A stretch of 57,485 nt of DNA from an uncultured bacterium (lineage in GTDB: Bacteria > B130-G9), in NCBI GenBank assembly GCA_965372715.1, contig CBDVDH010000020.1:1-57485 (forward strand), read 5' to 3'. This document shows positions 39,454 through 49,329 of this stretch, one piece after another. The notes under the pieces are model-generated. The model was not told the DNA's origin, searched no databases, and saw only the letters and a list, made by a program, of their open reading frames with translations. Made by a program: the position numbers and the translations under genes. Positions within the stretch are counted from its first letter, which is position 1. The number at the start of each line of letters is the position of its first letter.

Positions 39454-39954
39454 TCAACCCTCGCTCTTGGGATTGGCGGAGGTCTCATCGCTGGCGGGGC
39501 TCGCATTCGCCGCGCCGCCCGCCTCACCTCCGGGAACCTTGAGCAGGAGGAATCTGAGGACATCGTCCCTTCCTTCAGGGATTCTCAAGAAAACCCCACG
39601 AAAGTTCTCGAGCCGGTTCGGCGAATCAAACGGCGAGAGGAATGCGCCGCTTCTGTCCCGGTAGACCTTCTTAAAATCGGCCCAGTTCTTCTTCTGAGTG
39701 GTCAGGAACCGTTTGATGACGATGCGGTCGTCAAAGAGCTCATAGTAGGTTGGAACGAAATACGCGGAAAGGGAGAAAAAGAGCATTATCCCCGCGATAA
39801 CGACCCAGTAGGGGCTGTGGAACCAGTAATAGACACCCGTTAGGATGAGGCCGAGCAGCGCGATGACCCCCACAGAGGTCAGTGGCCTTTCGACAAATGG
39901 AAGGGTTGACCAAGCTATCCTGGGCTTCTCATCTTGCGCCTCGCCGCGCGCCAT
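39454..39954 (-). CDS. Hypothetical two-TM membrane protein with PH-like C-terminal domain
   Basis: Two TMs, YFVPTYYEL, LSPF..P.RLENFRG; GAGG SD. Confidence 0.75.
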   Translation of the reverse strand: MARGEAQDEKPRIAWSTLPFVERPLTSVGVIALLGLILTGVYYWFHSPYWVVIAGIMLFFSLSAYFVPTYYELFDDRIVIKRFLTTQKKNWADFKKVYRDRSGAFLSPFDSPNRLENFRGVFLRIPEGRDDVLRFLLLKVPGGEAGGAANASPASDETSANPKSEG

Positions 39955-40046
39955 GGACCATCCTCGCCTTTTACGAGACCATCAAATGTGCTGAGAGAGC
40001 CTCAGACACCGGCGGATCGCCGGATAAGGCGGAACTCGCAGCCGAT

Positions 40047-40292
40047 TCAGTGGTAAACCCGGCCAGCGTATTTGAGAATGACGAAGATCACTATCAGAGC
40101 CACGCTTACGATCACGCAGCCGGCGATAATCCCCAGAGGGATGTTCTTCTCCTCGGTTATCTGCCTGTCAAAATCGTACGGCGTGATAAATTCAAATACC
40201 TTGTAACCAATCCCGAGAAGTCCGAACCCAACGAAACAGTAAAGAACAGTCGAGACAATGTTGACTATTCCCCAGCCTACGTAACTCCACAT
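40047..40292 (-). CDS. DUF350 domain membrane protein
   Basis: FEFITPYDFDRQITEEKNIPLGII pattern. Confidence 0.85.
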   Translation of the reverse strand: MWSYVGWGIVNIVSTVLYCFVGFGLLGIGYKVFEFITPYDFDRQITEEKNIPLGIIAGCVIVSVALIVIFVILKYAGRVYH

Positions 40293-40421
40293 TCAGCTAT
40301 CCTCCGCTCTGAGTAATGGATTCAATCACAGATTCACAAGAGCATTCCACGCGAAGATTGCAGAGATACCCTCCCATTGTCAAGCCCGGCGGGGACAGTT
40401 CCCGCGAAGCGGAAACGGGCG

Positions 40422-40454
40422 AATCCTCCTTCGCCGAAAGCTACTGCGGACGAG
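40422..40454. repeat. Short palindromic repeat also found inside the GT2 gene at 47886-47918
   Basis: AATCCTCCTTCGCCGAAAGCTACTGCGGACGAG; 27/33 identical to the reverse complement of 47886-47918. Confidence 0.7.
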
Positions 40455-40719
40455 AAAGGGGAAGATTACGTAGTGCGCCGAGGAGCGTTGAGGATGGCCA
40501 GGGCAAGAGCCAAGTACCGGATCGGCAACCATGACGGCGTGATTCGTTGAGGTATTTGTGCCCGCGCCCTATTCTGGGGACTGATTATGAAAGAAAAGGC
40601 TGAGCGTCGGTGGTTCTGGTTTGCCTGCTGCCTGTTTCTGGTGTGCACGTTCGTGTTCCTGTATCCCTATTCATTTGACCCGTGTATCCCCAGATTGCTC
40701 TGCGGAGGAGACGCAGTGA

Positions 40720-43113
40720 ATGCTTGATCGGTTCAGAAATGCGATAACAAGCGAATGGGTTACAGGGCTGGCCCTCACTCTTTCCAATGTTGTCATGTTG
40801 GCCTTGGTGCTCAGCCTGATCGCAACGATTCTGCTCTACGGCTCAGGGAGCGAGAACTCCCTGATTGCCTATCTCACCCCGCGGTATTACAGGCTCGTGT
40901 GGGGCCTGTTCGCATCGATCGTCGCGGCGGCTCTCTTGGCAACGAGGCTCGATGTACTGAGGGAGGTTGAGAAACCCCTTCACAAGACGGCAGCCGAATG
41001 GACGTGCAACTTCTGGACATGGCTGGCTTTGCGGTCCCCATTCTATCTCAGACTACCGATTATTGCTTGCCTGATGGCTGCGTTTGCTTTCTTCATTCCG
41101 CCTCAGGAAAACGCAAGAATCACGTTCGCCTCGCCGGATGTGCCGGCGCCAATCGCTGGCTCGCCGCAATTGATAGCCGAGTCTCGAGGCGCGGGCGCCA
41201 GCGGTTATTCGCGCTGGCGACTCGGTGATCAAGTCTTTTACGTCCGAAGCAGCGGATTCGGTCTGGGAATCATTTCGCCTCAAACCGGACGAATCATCTG
41301 GCAGGGCTCGCTCACGCACGAGACCGCTGACGACGATCTGATGTTCTCAGAGGTCCTTGCCGGCATTCCCGACGACATCGTGACGGTCGTGGTCGCCCAC
41401 GGCTTCTCATCAGCACATCATTCCGAGGAGTTTCATACTCTGCTGACCGAAATGGGATGCAGCATCGAGGAGAGGCCTGTCTGGAACGGGGCATACATTC
41501 TTATTTCGGCGCGAAGAGACGGTCGCTTCTCCCCGGTCGCGGAGCTTTGGGGGAAGCACGCCATTCTTGCACTTGACCCCAACCCGGCCATGACGGTCTA
41601 TTTCGTCTTCAGGAGACTTCTACCCGAGATCATCATAGTCACTCTGGTCGCCATTCTTGTGCTCCTGGTCACCGCATTCGCTAGGGGCAATCATGGCATT
41701 GAGTGGCCCAAGGCCTTCAGGATTGGCCTGATCGGTGGCCCTATCCTAGGCATCGCGGTTCTCTGGCTTGTGCATTCAAGAGCCTTTCTGATTGTCTCGG
41801 CCTCAGTCGCGATCCTCGCGGGAACTTATCTGTGGTATCGCAGCGCCTTCCTCAATCGAAAGAAGCTAGCCTACAAGATAATTGTGGCCGCCATTGCCCT
41901 CGTCGCCTTCTCCTATCCAGAATTCCTTGCCAGGAACTACGCGTTTGTCCGGCTCCTGACTTTGTCGCTCGCGCTCTACTTGGCGTGGAAGGCCTATTCG
42001 CTACTCTTCGGTGGAAGCCGGCTCATTAGCTATTCGCTATTTGCCTTTTTCGCTACCAGAATCCCCCTCGCGCTAATCGCATACGTTAGCAGGCTCTATA
42101 TGCATGGCCCACCGAAGTCAACACGCGAGATGTGGGTGCACTGGGATGCTGCATTCTATCATGATATCCCGCTATGGGGATATGATCTGGCTCGCCAGGG
42201 GGCGTCACCCAATTTCTTCCCGCTGTATCCCTTTCTGATCAGAACCTCCAACGCGCTTGTTGGCAGTACAACAGCGTCGGGACACATCGTCTCTAACGTC
42301 GCGTTCGCCGTTTGTTTGTGTCTGTTGTATCACCTCGCGAACAGACAATGGGGAAAGCAAGTAGCTGAAAGGTCTGTTCTTCTGCTGGCTTTGGGCCCTG
42401 CCTCCTTCTTTTTCTCGGCAATGTATACCGAATCAGTGTTCCTCCTCTGCTGTCTCGGATTTTTCATCTTGGCGCTCAAGGGCCGCTGGTTGCTTGGGTG
42501 CATTTGCGGGATGCTAGCCGCTCTGACAAGATCGATAGGCCTCATGCTGGTTCTGGTTGCCGTCTGGGAATACCTCAAGCAGGTTCACTTCAGACCCAGG
42601 AGGATACGTCCCAACGTTGCGTGGCTGCTACTGATCCCACTGGGTTGTGCCATATTCACCTTTATACTGTACTCCCAGACAGGAGACATGTTTGCCAATT
42701 TCACGGCGTCCAAGGCCTGGGGAAGGCACCCAGCAAATCCATTTACACTGCTGGCACAGGCATTCGGACGCCTCCACTTAAACTTGTCTTGCCAGGACCT
42801 GTTTGCCCTGCAGTATAATTTCATGAATGCCATTTGGCTGCTTGTTGGCACGCTCGTGCTTCTGTCTTTGGTTCCTATAGCGCGCCATCTTGGGATCTCA
42901 TACGCGATCTTCACGATGACGGGCATTCTTCTGCCAATCTGCGCCGGGCTAGTCGAAGGCACACTCCGGTTTGCTCAGGTGCTATTCCCGATCACTATAC
43001 TTCTTGCCATTTATTGCAGGAAAGAAAGCCTGTACGCAGCGATTATGGCTTGTTTCGCGATACTAATGACCTTTTTCGCGATCCTCTACATCAATGATCT
43101 CTGGATGGTCTGA
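40720..43113 (+). CDS. Membrane mannosyltransferase (PIG-V-like GT-C) with ILEI-like extracytoplasmic domain
   Basis: HWDAAFY..I...GY, FFPLYP, FFSAMYTES, TRSIG. Confidence 0.85.
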   Translation: MLDRFRNAITSEWVTGLALTLSNVVMLALVLSLIATILLYGSGSENSLIAYLTPRYYRLVWGLFASIVAAALLATRLDVLREVEKPLHKTAAEWTCNFWTWLALRSPFYLRLPIIACLMAAFAFFIPPQENARITFASPDVPAPIAGSPQLIAESRGAGASGYSRWRLGDQVFYVRSSGFGLGIISPQTGRIIWQGSLTHETADDDLMFSEVLAGIPDDIVTVVVAHGFSSAHHSEEFHTLLTEMGCSIEERPVWNGAYILISARRDGRFSPVAELWGKHAILALDPNPAMTVYFVFRRLLPEIIIVTLVAILVLLVTAFARGNHGIEWPKAFRIGLIGGPILGIAVLWLVHSRAFLIVSASVAILAGTYLWYRSAFLNRKKLAYKIIVAAIALVAFSYPEFLARNYAFVRLLTLSLALYLAWKAYSLLFGGSRLISYSLFAFFATRIPLALIAYVSRLYMHGPPKSTREMWVHWDAAFYHDIPLWGYDLARQGASPNFFPLYPFLIRTSNALVGSTTASGHIVSNVAFAVCLCLLYHLANRQWGKQVAERSVLLLALGPASFFFSAMYTESVFLLCCLGFFILALKGRWLLGCICGMLAALTRSIGLMLVLVAVWEYLKQVHFRPRRIRPNVAWLLLIPLGCAIFTFILYSQTGDMFANFTASKAWGRHPANPFTLLAQAFGRLHLNLSCQDLFALQYNFMNAIWLLVGTLVLLSLVPIARHLGISYAIFTMTGILLPICAGLVEGTLRFAQVLFPITILLAIYCRKESLYAAIMACFAILMTFFAILYINDLWMV

Positions 43114-43178
43114 CACGCCTCTCAGCCTCGTGCGAGCCAAACCCGGAGCTTGAACGGGCTTCGCTCGGCGCTTGAAGT

Positions 43179-45032
43179 TTAATCTGCCTTCGGCACGTGC
43201 TTCTCAAGCGATGGTCCAAGCGGCGTCTCGATGACTGCTACCTCCTTATCCCTGTAAAGCAGATGAAAGCCGAGGTGGTTGAAGAGATGGGTTAGCTGTC
43301 CACAGGCGTGTGGACCCAGCATCGTGTGGTGGGCGATAATCACTTTCAGATTGAAGTGCTCCAGCTGCTCTTTGAGCACGTCTGGCGTCAACGCCTCAAG
43401 TATCGCCTCTGTCATTCTTCCGCTTTGTGCTGCTTGGATCGCACTGATAAGTGGGCTTTCCTCGAACTTCCTCAAGATATGCGGATTTATCCTAGCAATG
43501 AGCGTCCCCAGAATTGGTCTTCGATGAACCACCTGTGCGGCGGTCCAATGCTGTGTGTCAGGAACGTTTGCCCCAAAGTAGCGAATCGGGTCCCCGGCGC
43601 CAAACGGGACATGCATGATCGAGAAGTTCCCGGGGATGTCTCGGAGTATTTCGTAATGGCGACCATACTTAATCTCCGAAGTGTGATAGGGCGCAACAGA
43701 GAGGTCGAGAAGAAGCGAAAGGAAAAGCACACCAATCGCGACTCTTTGACTGCGCATTGAAACACGCTTCAGAAAATGGGCGAGTCCCAGAGCTGCCAGG
43801 CAAACAAGAGCCAGCTGGACCAGAATGGCGAAGCGGGAGGAGGCTCTGATGAAACCGAGGATCGGGACCTGGTCGGCAATGGCCATCGGCAGAGGCAGGG
43901 AAACCCATGTTCGATGCAGCATCATTCTGTCGTAACCGTAGATGTGAAGCTTCTCACCGAGTGTGGCAATCCCGAAGAGAACCGCAAGCGCTGTCCAGAG
44001 CCACTTGGCCCGCCATCGGGCGCAGCAAATCGCAGCTCCAGCAAAGACCAGGCAGCAGATACCGGGAAACGCTAGACCTTCTATTACCCCTCCGTGCAAG
44101 TGCTTATACGCTGGCTCGGCTAGATGCCCGAAAACCGTGCTTATATGAGAGGGAACAAAGAAACTTAGAAGGTCTGCGCCCAGCCGACCTGCCTTGCCTG
44201 CTGGCGGCGCGAAAAACATACCTGCCTTTTGAACAGACCGTAGCATAAGAAATGGAATGGGCGCTGCAGCAACTACAGCTCCGGCCGTGGTGGCCAGCAC
44301 ACAGATAAGAAGTTTGCGCGTGCTGCGAGCCTTTTCAAACAGCAATTGGTTCAACATCAAGAGAAAGAACACGATGGCAGCAAACAGCGCGTAATACATC
44401 GATATCCACAGCTGCAATCCGGCGAAGAGCCCCGCGAATGCGGCCCAACGGAATCTGCCTGTCTTGAAAGCCCTCATCGCGAACATCACCACTAAGGGTA
44501 AGGGCCACGCACCGACGAGGTTGATGTGCCCTGTTGCTCGCATCAGAAGGTAAGGACAAAACCCAAACATGATGCCCGCAGCCACGCTGGCGACGCGATC
44601 AGTTGTCAGATCGAAGGCCAGTCTGTAGGCTGTGTATGCGGCTGCGATGAGAGAAAACAAAATGACGAGATTATACGCAAATGCGATGCCGAAGAGCTTC
44701 TGAAAAGGTAACGCCAGAAGGCAGTTGAAGGGGCACAACGTATGGAAGGCGAGGTCTGCCCCGTATGGATAAAGCTGGAGCGGGCAGAAGAATGGGTCCT
44801 GCTTCAGCTCGAACAGCGCGTGATTGAACCACCAGTAATTCCAGTAGAAAAGATGCGAATCGCCCATGCCGCCGACGATCTCGGTCGTCATCTTTGTGAC
44901 AACCGGCCACGTAACTGCTATTGCGAAAGCTGTGAGGAAGAGAATTATCAGCAGCTCGCGGCGCAGCCGGAGCCAGCGAGGGCCAGGTGAGGTGGCGGGA
45001 TGAGGCGCAGTCGAGGTTGTGTCAGTTGACAA
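43179..45032 (-). CDS. GT-C-type polytopic membrane protein (YfhO-like)
   Basis: TWP...GDSHLFYWNYWW, YPYG..L.FH, ADLLSFFVP, RASSRF. Confidence 0.75.
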   Translation of the reverse strand: MSTDTTSTAPHPATSPGPRWLRLRRELLIILFLTAFAIAVTWPVVTKMTTEIVGGMGDSHLFYWNYWWFNHALFELKQDPFFCPLQLYPYGADLAFHTLCPFNCLLALPFQKLFGIAFAYNLVILFSLIAAAYTAYRLAFDLTTDRVASVAAGIMFGFCPYLLMRATGHINLVGAWPLPLVVMFAMRAFKTGRFRWAAFAGLFAGLQLWISMYYALFAAIVFFLLMLNQLLFEKARSTRKLLICVLATTAGAVVAAAPIPFLMLRSVQKAGMFFAPPAGKAGRLGADLLSFFVPSHISTVFGHLAEPAYKHLHGGVIEGLAFPGICCLVFAGAAICCARWRAKWLWTALAVLFGIATLGEKLHIYGYDRMMLHRTWVSLPLPMAIADQVPILGFIRASSRFAILVQLALVCLAALGLAHFLKRVSMRSQRVAIGVLFLSLLLDLSVAPYHTSEIKYGRHYEILRDIPGNFSIMHVPFGAGDPIRYFGANVPDTQHWTAAQVVHRRPILGTLIARINPHILRKFEESPLISAIQAAQSGRMTEAILEALTPDVLKEQLEHFNLKVIIAHHTMLGPHACGQLTHLFNHLGFHLLYRDKEVAVIETPLGPSLEKHVPKAD

Positions 45033-45200
45033 GGGCTATTGTCTCCAGTGTTTCGTTCTCACGGAGTCAATCTATGCCAGATACCGCCTCGCGGTCAAGA
45101 AACGAAACGTCGCTGCCCGATGTTGATCTTACGATGACCGCGACGCAGAATAAGAATCTATCATATCCGTTCAGCAGATTCCTCGTGAGGTGACGACAGA

Positions 45201-46025
45201 ATGGCGACTTGGAAGGGCAAAGCGATAGGAGCAGGTATCGGCCTGTTCGTTTTTGGGCCGCTGGGGGCGATCATCGGCGCCATCATTGGGCACGGATACG
45301 ATGAGAAGGCCAATAGGAGGGCGGCGTTAGAAGGCCAGGGACGTCCGGGCTCTGACCCGTGGGCCGGACAGGCACACGCCTACCAACAGGCGCAGCGCAG
45401 AAGGCCGCGCCGGACTTACGACCGCGTCCGCGACCTATCAAACGACGACAGGCAGCTCATCTTCGTTACCAACCTCGCCACGCTGCTCGTCTCCGTCGCA
45501 ATGGCCGATGGCGTGTTCCGACCCGAGGAGGAGCGCTCGATCCTATCGTTCTTCAAGCGGAACGGTTTCGCTGGGGGCGACCTCAACCTGATCAGACGGA
45601 TTATGAAGGAGGTTGCGCATCAGAAGCCCGACCTCGCCGGCGTCTGCAGCGAATTCAGCCGAATAGCAAAGCGTCACGACCGACTGCTGCTGCTCAGGGC
45701 GCTCTATGTGGTCGCGATGTCGGACCGCGAGTTCCATCCCGAGGAGCAGCGCGTGATCAACACGATAGCAGAGCACCTCGGAATCTCAGACAGCGAGAAG
45801 AGGTCAATAGCGTCAGAGTTTGTCTCGGACGAGGACCGCTACTATCAGGTGCTCGGCGCGGCCAAACACGCGTCGGATGACGAGATCAAGAAGGCGTATC
45901 GCGAGCAGGCGGGCAAGTATCACCCCGACCGCGTCTCGCACCTGGGCAAGGAGTTCATCGAGCTCGCCAACCAGCGATTTCAGGCAATCAACGAGGCGTA
46001 TCAACATCTCTCTAAGCGACGGTGA
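45201..46025 (+). CDS. djlA: DjlA-like co-chaperone (TM + TerB-like + J domain)
   Basis: [17 protein letters not shown]...GH..D; VAMADG; IKKAYR...YHPD. Confidence 0.85.
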   Translation: MATWKGKAIGAGIGLFVFGPLGAIIGAIIGHGYDEKANRRAALEGQGRPGSDPWAGQAHAYQQAQRRRPRRTYDRVRDLSNDDRQLIFVTNLATLLVSVAMADGVFRPEEERSILSFFKRNGFAGGDLNLIRRIMKEVAHQKPDLAGVCSEFSRIAKRHDRLLLLRALYVVAMSDREFHPEEQRVINTIAEHLGISDSEKRSIASEFVSDEDRYYQVLGAAKHASDDEIKKAYREQAGKYHPDRVSHLGKEFIELANQRFQAINEAYQHLSKRR

Positions 46026-46033
46026 GGATTCCG

Positions 46034-46179
46034 AGTTGCCAGTTGCCAGTTGGCGGTTCGCAGTCAGCGACGGAGTTTTGTGTAGGGGCGTGGTCTCAGA
46101 CCCGTTCCGGAAAGACAAACGGGTGCGGCAAGCAGCACCCCTACAAGGTCGCGGGCGGGTCAGAGACCGCGCCACTACA
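46034..46179. repeat. Heptamer tandem (AGTTGCC/AGTTGGC) plus GTAG-type REP cluster
   Basis: Five degenerate heptamers, then TGTAGGGGCG...CCCCTACA...CCACTACA. Confidence 0.75.
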
Positions 46180-47083
46180 GACCAACAACGAATCGTGACC
46201 TAGCCTGCTGACGTTCGCGCGATGCAATCATTTTCGCCTTATGGCAGGCGGCGAATACCGGGACAAGCGCGGCAAGATCGATGAGCGAGAACTTGAGACC
46301 TTGGCCCTTTGTCAGGATCTGCGAAAGCCGGCCGAAGAAGAAGCCGACCCGTTTCCAGAACGTCGTGTAGTGGCTCTCGATCGGCACACGGTTTCGGATT
46401 TTCGGCAGCTGCGTGAAAAGCTCGTATCGATAGAGCATCCGCATGAGCGACTTGAACGTGTCGGTCTTGTGATGATCGACGATGGCCGCCGGCTCATACA
46501 CCAGCCTGTAGCCCACCTGCCGCAGCCTGATGCTGACGTCGTGGTCCTCGCCGTTCGACCTGAAGAACGGATCGAAGCCCGACACTTTCTCAAGCGCAGT
46601 TCTGCGATACGAACAGCAGAGCCCAAAGAGGACCTCAGAATCCTCAATCAACTCGTCGCCCAATGTCTGCACCGCCGTGTGCTTCCGCCATAGGTCGTAG
46701 ATGCTTTCAATGCGCGCCTCGACCGCCCGCCCGCCGACGCCTGCGACATCATCCGAGTCGTAATGCTGCAAAAGCCGCTCTATAAGGTCCTCGTGCGCGA
46801 CCGTGTCCGCGTCCAAAAAGACGATTATATCGGCGTCCGTGTGACGCCACAAAAGGTTCCTTGCGGCAGAAAGGCCGACGTTCTCGCCGGGTGAGATGAC
46901 TTCGGCGCCCGCATACGCCGCGAGAATGGCGCTGCCGTCCGTCGAGCCATCATCGGCGACGATTACCTCATCAGGTCTTCTGGTCTGCGAATTGAGTGAG
47001 CTGACACAATTGCCAATCGTGCTGGCCGCGTTGTAGCACGGGATGGCCGCGGCAACTTTCAGGTGTTCAGTTTCAGCGCTCAC
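46175..47083 (-). CDS. Glycosyltransferase family 2
   Basis: IPCYN, ADDGSTD, AARN, FLDAD, GEDHD. Confidence 0.93.
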   Translation of the reverse strand: MSAETEHLKVAAAIPCYNAASTIGNCVSSLNSQTRRPDEVIVADDGSTDGSAILAAYAGAEVISPGENVGLSAARNLLWRHTDADIIVFLDADTVAHEDLIERLLQHYDSDDVAGVGGRAVEARIESIYDLWRKHTAVQTLGDELIEDSEVLFGLCCSYRRTALEKVSGFDPFFRSNGEDHDVSIRLRQVGYRLVYEPAAIVDHHKTDTFKSLMRMLYRYELFTQLPKIRNRVPIESHYTTFWKRVGFFFGRLSQILTKGQGLKFSLIDLAALVPVFAACHKAKMIASRERQQARSRFVVGL

Positions 47084-47122
47084 CTGATTACAAAGGCCTT
47101 TGTATAGGTTGGGATTGGGTGT

Positions 47123-47197
47123 TGTAGGGGCGGTTCACGAGCCGCCCTAGTCTGATCAAGTACGGATGTTAAGGGCGATTCGTGAATCGCCCCTACA
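47123..47197. repeat. GTAG-type REP doublet
   Basis: GTAGGGGCGGTTCACGAGCCGCCCT ... AGGGCGATTCGTGAATCGCCCCTAC. Confidence 0.85.
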
Positions 47198-47252
47198 CGT
47201 CGGCGATGCCGATCCAGAGCTGCAGCTCGGCCGTCAAACCAGAGCCAAACCT

Positions 47253-48269
47253 TCATAGCACCAGTGTCCTTCTCTTGAAGCTCCCGTAGAGCTTGCCAAG
47301 CGTCAGCGCCGAGAACGCTACCGTGTCAAAGATCGGCAGCAGGGCCTCGAACTTCGGCCTCCGCACGATGGGAGCAACGAGGCTTTTCAAAATGCTCTCG
47401 ACGAGGAACACGTGCTCCTTCCAATCGAACCTGAACCTGCTCCCGAAAAGACGATGATGTCTTGCGAAGAGCGAGGCGCGGCCGAAGCCGTATTCGAACG
47501 ATTGCGAATAAAGCCCGAGCAGGTTCGACCTGTGCTGGTGGACGACGACCGCGTCGGGACAATACGTGAGCCTCAAACCCGCCTGTTGAGCACGCCAACA
47601 AAGGTCTGCGTCGCCCGCTATCCTAAAGAAAGTGTCGAATACGCCAATCCTATCGAATACCTCACGCCTCACGAGGCAATTGGCGGTAACGAAGAACGGC
47701 AGCGAAAACTCCCCGCCCTCCACCATCTTTTCCTGGTCCAGAATCCTACGATAATCTATGTAACGCTCGACAAGATTCGACGCCGGATACGCCTCAACCT
47801 TCCCACCCACGATGGCTGCGCCATCCGTTGGCAGTTGGCAGTTGGCAGTTGGCAGCGGAACGTTCGCCGAACGGCGAATTGGCGGCTTGTCCGCAATAGC
47901 TTGTGGCGACGGCGGATTGAGGGTTGATGAATCAGGGATGTTCAGGGAATCGACGAGGCGCAAGAGCCAGCGTGGTTTCGGTATGCAATCGGCGTCGGTG
48001 AATGCGATGAGGTCGTGCTCGGCCAACTCAATGCCCGTATTTCGGGCCTGATACGCGCCCTGCTTTGGCTCAAAGACGACGTCTATGCTATCGAATTGTT
48101 GAAGGATGTCGGACGTGTTGTCGGTCGAGTTGTTGTCAACGACGATGATCTGGACGAGGCGCTTTGGATAATCGAGAGCGAGCAGAGCGTGGACGCACTC
48201 CGCTATCGTCCCCTCACCGTTATAGACGGGCACGATAATCGATACGGGCGGCAGGTTCTTCTTCGGCAT
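47253..48269 (-). CDS. Glycosyltransferase family 2 with repeat-derived internal insertion
   Basis: VSIIVPVYN, VDNNSTD, ARN, FTDADC, GDAD. Confidence 0.92.
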   Translation of the reverse strand: MPKKNLPPVSIIVPVYNGEGTIAECVHALLALDYPKRLVQIIVVDNNSTDNTSDILQQFDSIDVVFEPKQGAYQARNTGIELAEHDLIAFTDADCIPKPRWLLRLVDSLNIPDSSTLNPPSPQAIADKPPIRRSANVPLPTANCQLPTDGAAIVGGKVEAYPASNLVERYIDYRRILDQEKMVEGGEFSLPFFVTANCLVRREVFDRIGVFDTFFRIAGDADLCWRAQQAGLRLTYCPDAVVVHQHRSNLLGLYSQSFEYGFGRASLFARHHRLFGSRFRFDWKEHVFLVESILKSLVAPIVRRPKFEALLPIFDTVAFSALTLGKLYGSFKRRTLVL

Positions 48270-48309
48270 CAAATGCACTTCACCACAGAGACACAGAGAC
48301 ACAGAGAGG

Positions 48310-48702
48310 TCAAAGGACTAATCTCCTTATCCCGTCCTTTAGGACAGCAGTGTTGAAGTTGATCAAAAGACCTGTTTTCAGACCGGTTAGTCTCAGATAT
48401 GTCAGTAGCTGCGCCTCGTGAATCGACAACAGCTTCTCCACAGTCTTCAGTTCAAGGATAAGCCTGTTCTCTACGATTACATCGACCCTATAGCCGACGT
48501 CAAGCTTCACACCCTTATAGACTACAGGCAGCGCTACCTGCCGTTGAACACTAAGGCCGGCCTGCTTGAGCTCCCAGCAGATGCATTCTTCGTAGGCAGA
48601 TTCCAGGAGTCCGGGACCGAGATGTCGATGCACTTCAATCGCCAGCCCGATAACCTTCCCAGTCAATGGGTCCCTCTGTGTCTCTGTGTCTCTGTGGTTC
48701 AC
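48310..48702 (-). CDS. GxxExxY protein (PD-(D/E)XK nuclease superfamily)
   Basis: EVHRHLGPGLLESAYE, YRVDVIVE, LELK, AQLLTYL, GLLINF. Confidence 0.97.
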   Translation of the reverse strand: MNHRDTETQRDPLTGKVIGLAIEVHRHLGPGLLESAYEECICWELKQAGLSVQRQVALPVVYKGVKLDVGYRVDVIVENRLILELKTVEKLLSIHEAQLLTYLRLTGLKTGLLINFNTAVLKDGIRRLVL

Positions 48703-48891
48703 GTTTTCACCTCACAGCACTTCTTTACCACAGAGACACAGAGAAAAAGCTTGTGCCAAATGGTGCGCTTCCTCTCCGCAGCCGTTTCTTCTGGATTGCC
48801 CGCATCCTCCCGCCTTAGTGCCCTCTGTGTCTCTGCGTCTCTGTGGTTCACACCCTCACCTCATAAGTCTTCCCACCACAGAGACACAGAG

Positions 48892-49329
48892 TTACGCAGG
48901 GGAATAATCATCAAGGAAATTCTTAATCGGATCGATGCCCAGCTCCTCGAATCTGGAAAGGACGAATCGTTCCGCCTGTTCCGCCAATTCGACTGCCCCT
49001 AGCGCTTCACCCAGAGGCGGGAAATAGAAATCATCGACATACCTCACTTCCACCGCGTATGGCGTGAGAATCTCCACTCCCTGAAGCTGGGAAAATGCCG
49101 GGTCGGTCCGCTCGCAGAGTTCCACGATCTCGGCCAAGTTATGGGTTCTTGGGACAGTGATCTCGTGCCAATGCAGCCACGCCTTGAGCATCTTCTCCGC
49201 GGCCTGCTGGCAATGAAAGCAAACCACATCCGTCGCTGGGCTGGCGGTCTGCATCAAATCCTGCGCGGACCTGAGGTCATTTCGGGCCTTGAAGACCAGC
49301 CGTTGGATGTGCTCAAGCTTTTCGATCAT
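48892..49329 (-). CDS. HEPN domain protein
   Basis: VCFHCQQAAEKMLKA, PRTHNL, YAVEVRY. Confidence 0.92.
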   Translation of the reverse strand: MIEKLEHIQRLVFKARNDLRSAQDLMQTASPATDVVCFHCQQAAEKMLKAWLHWHEITVPRTHNLAEIVELCERTDPAFSQLQGVEILTPYAVEVRYVDDFYFPPLGEALGAVELAEQAERFVLSRFEELGIDPIKNFLDDYSPA

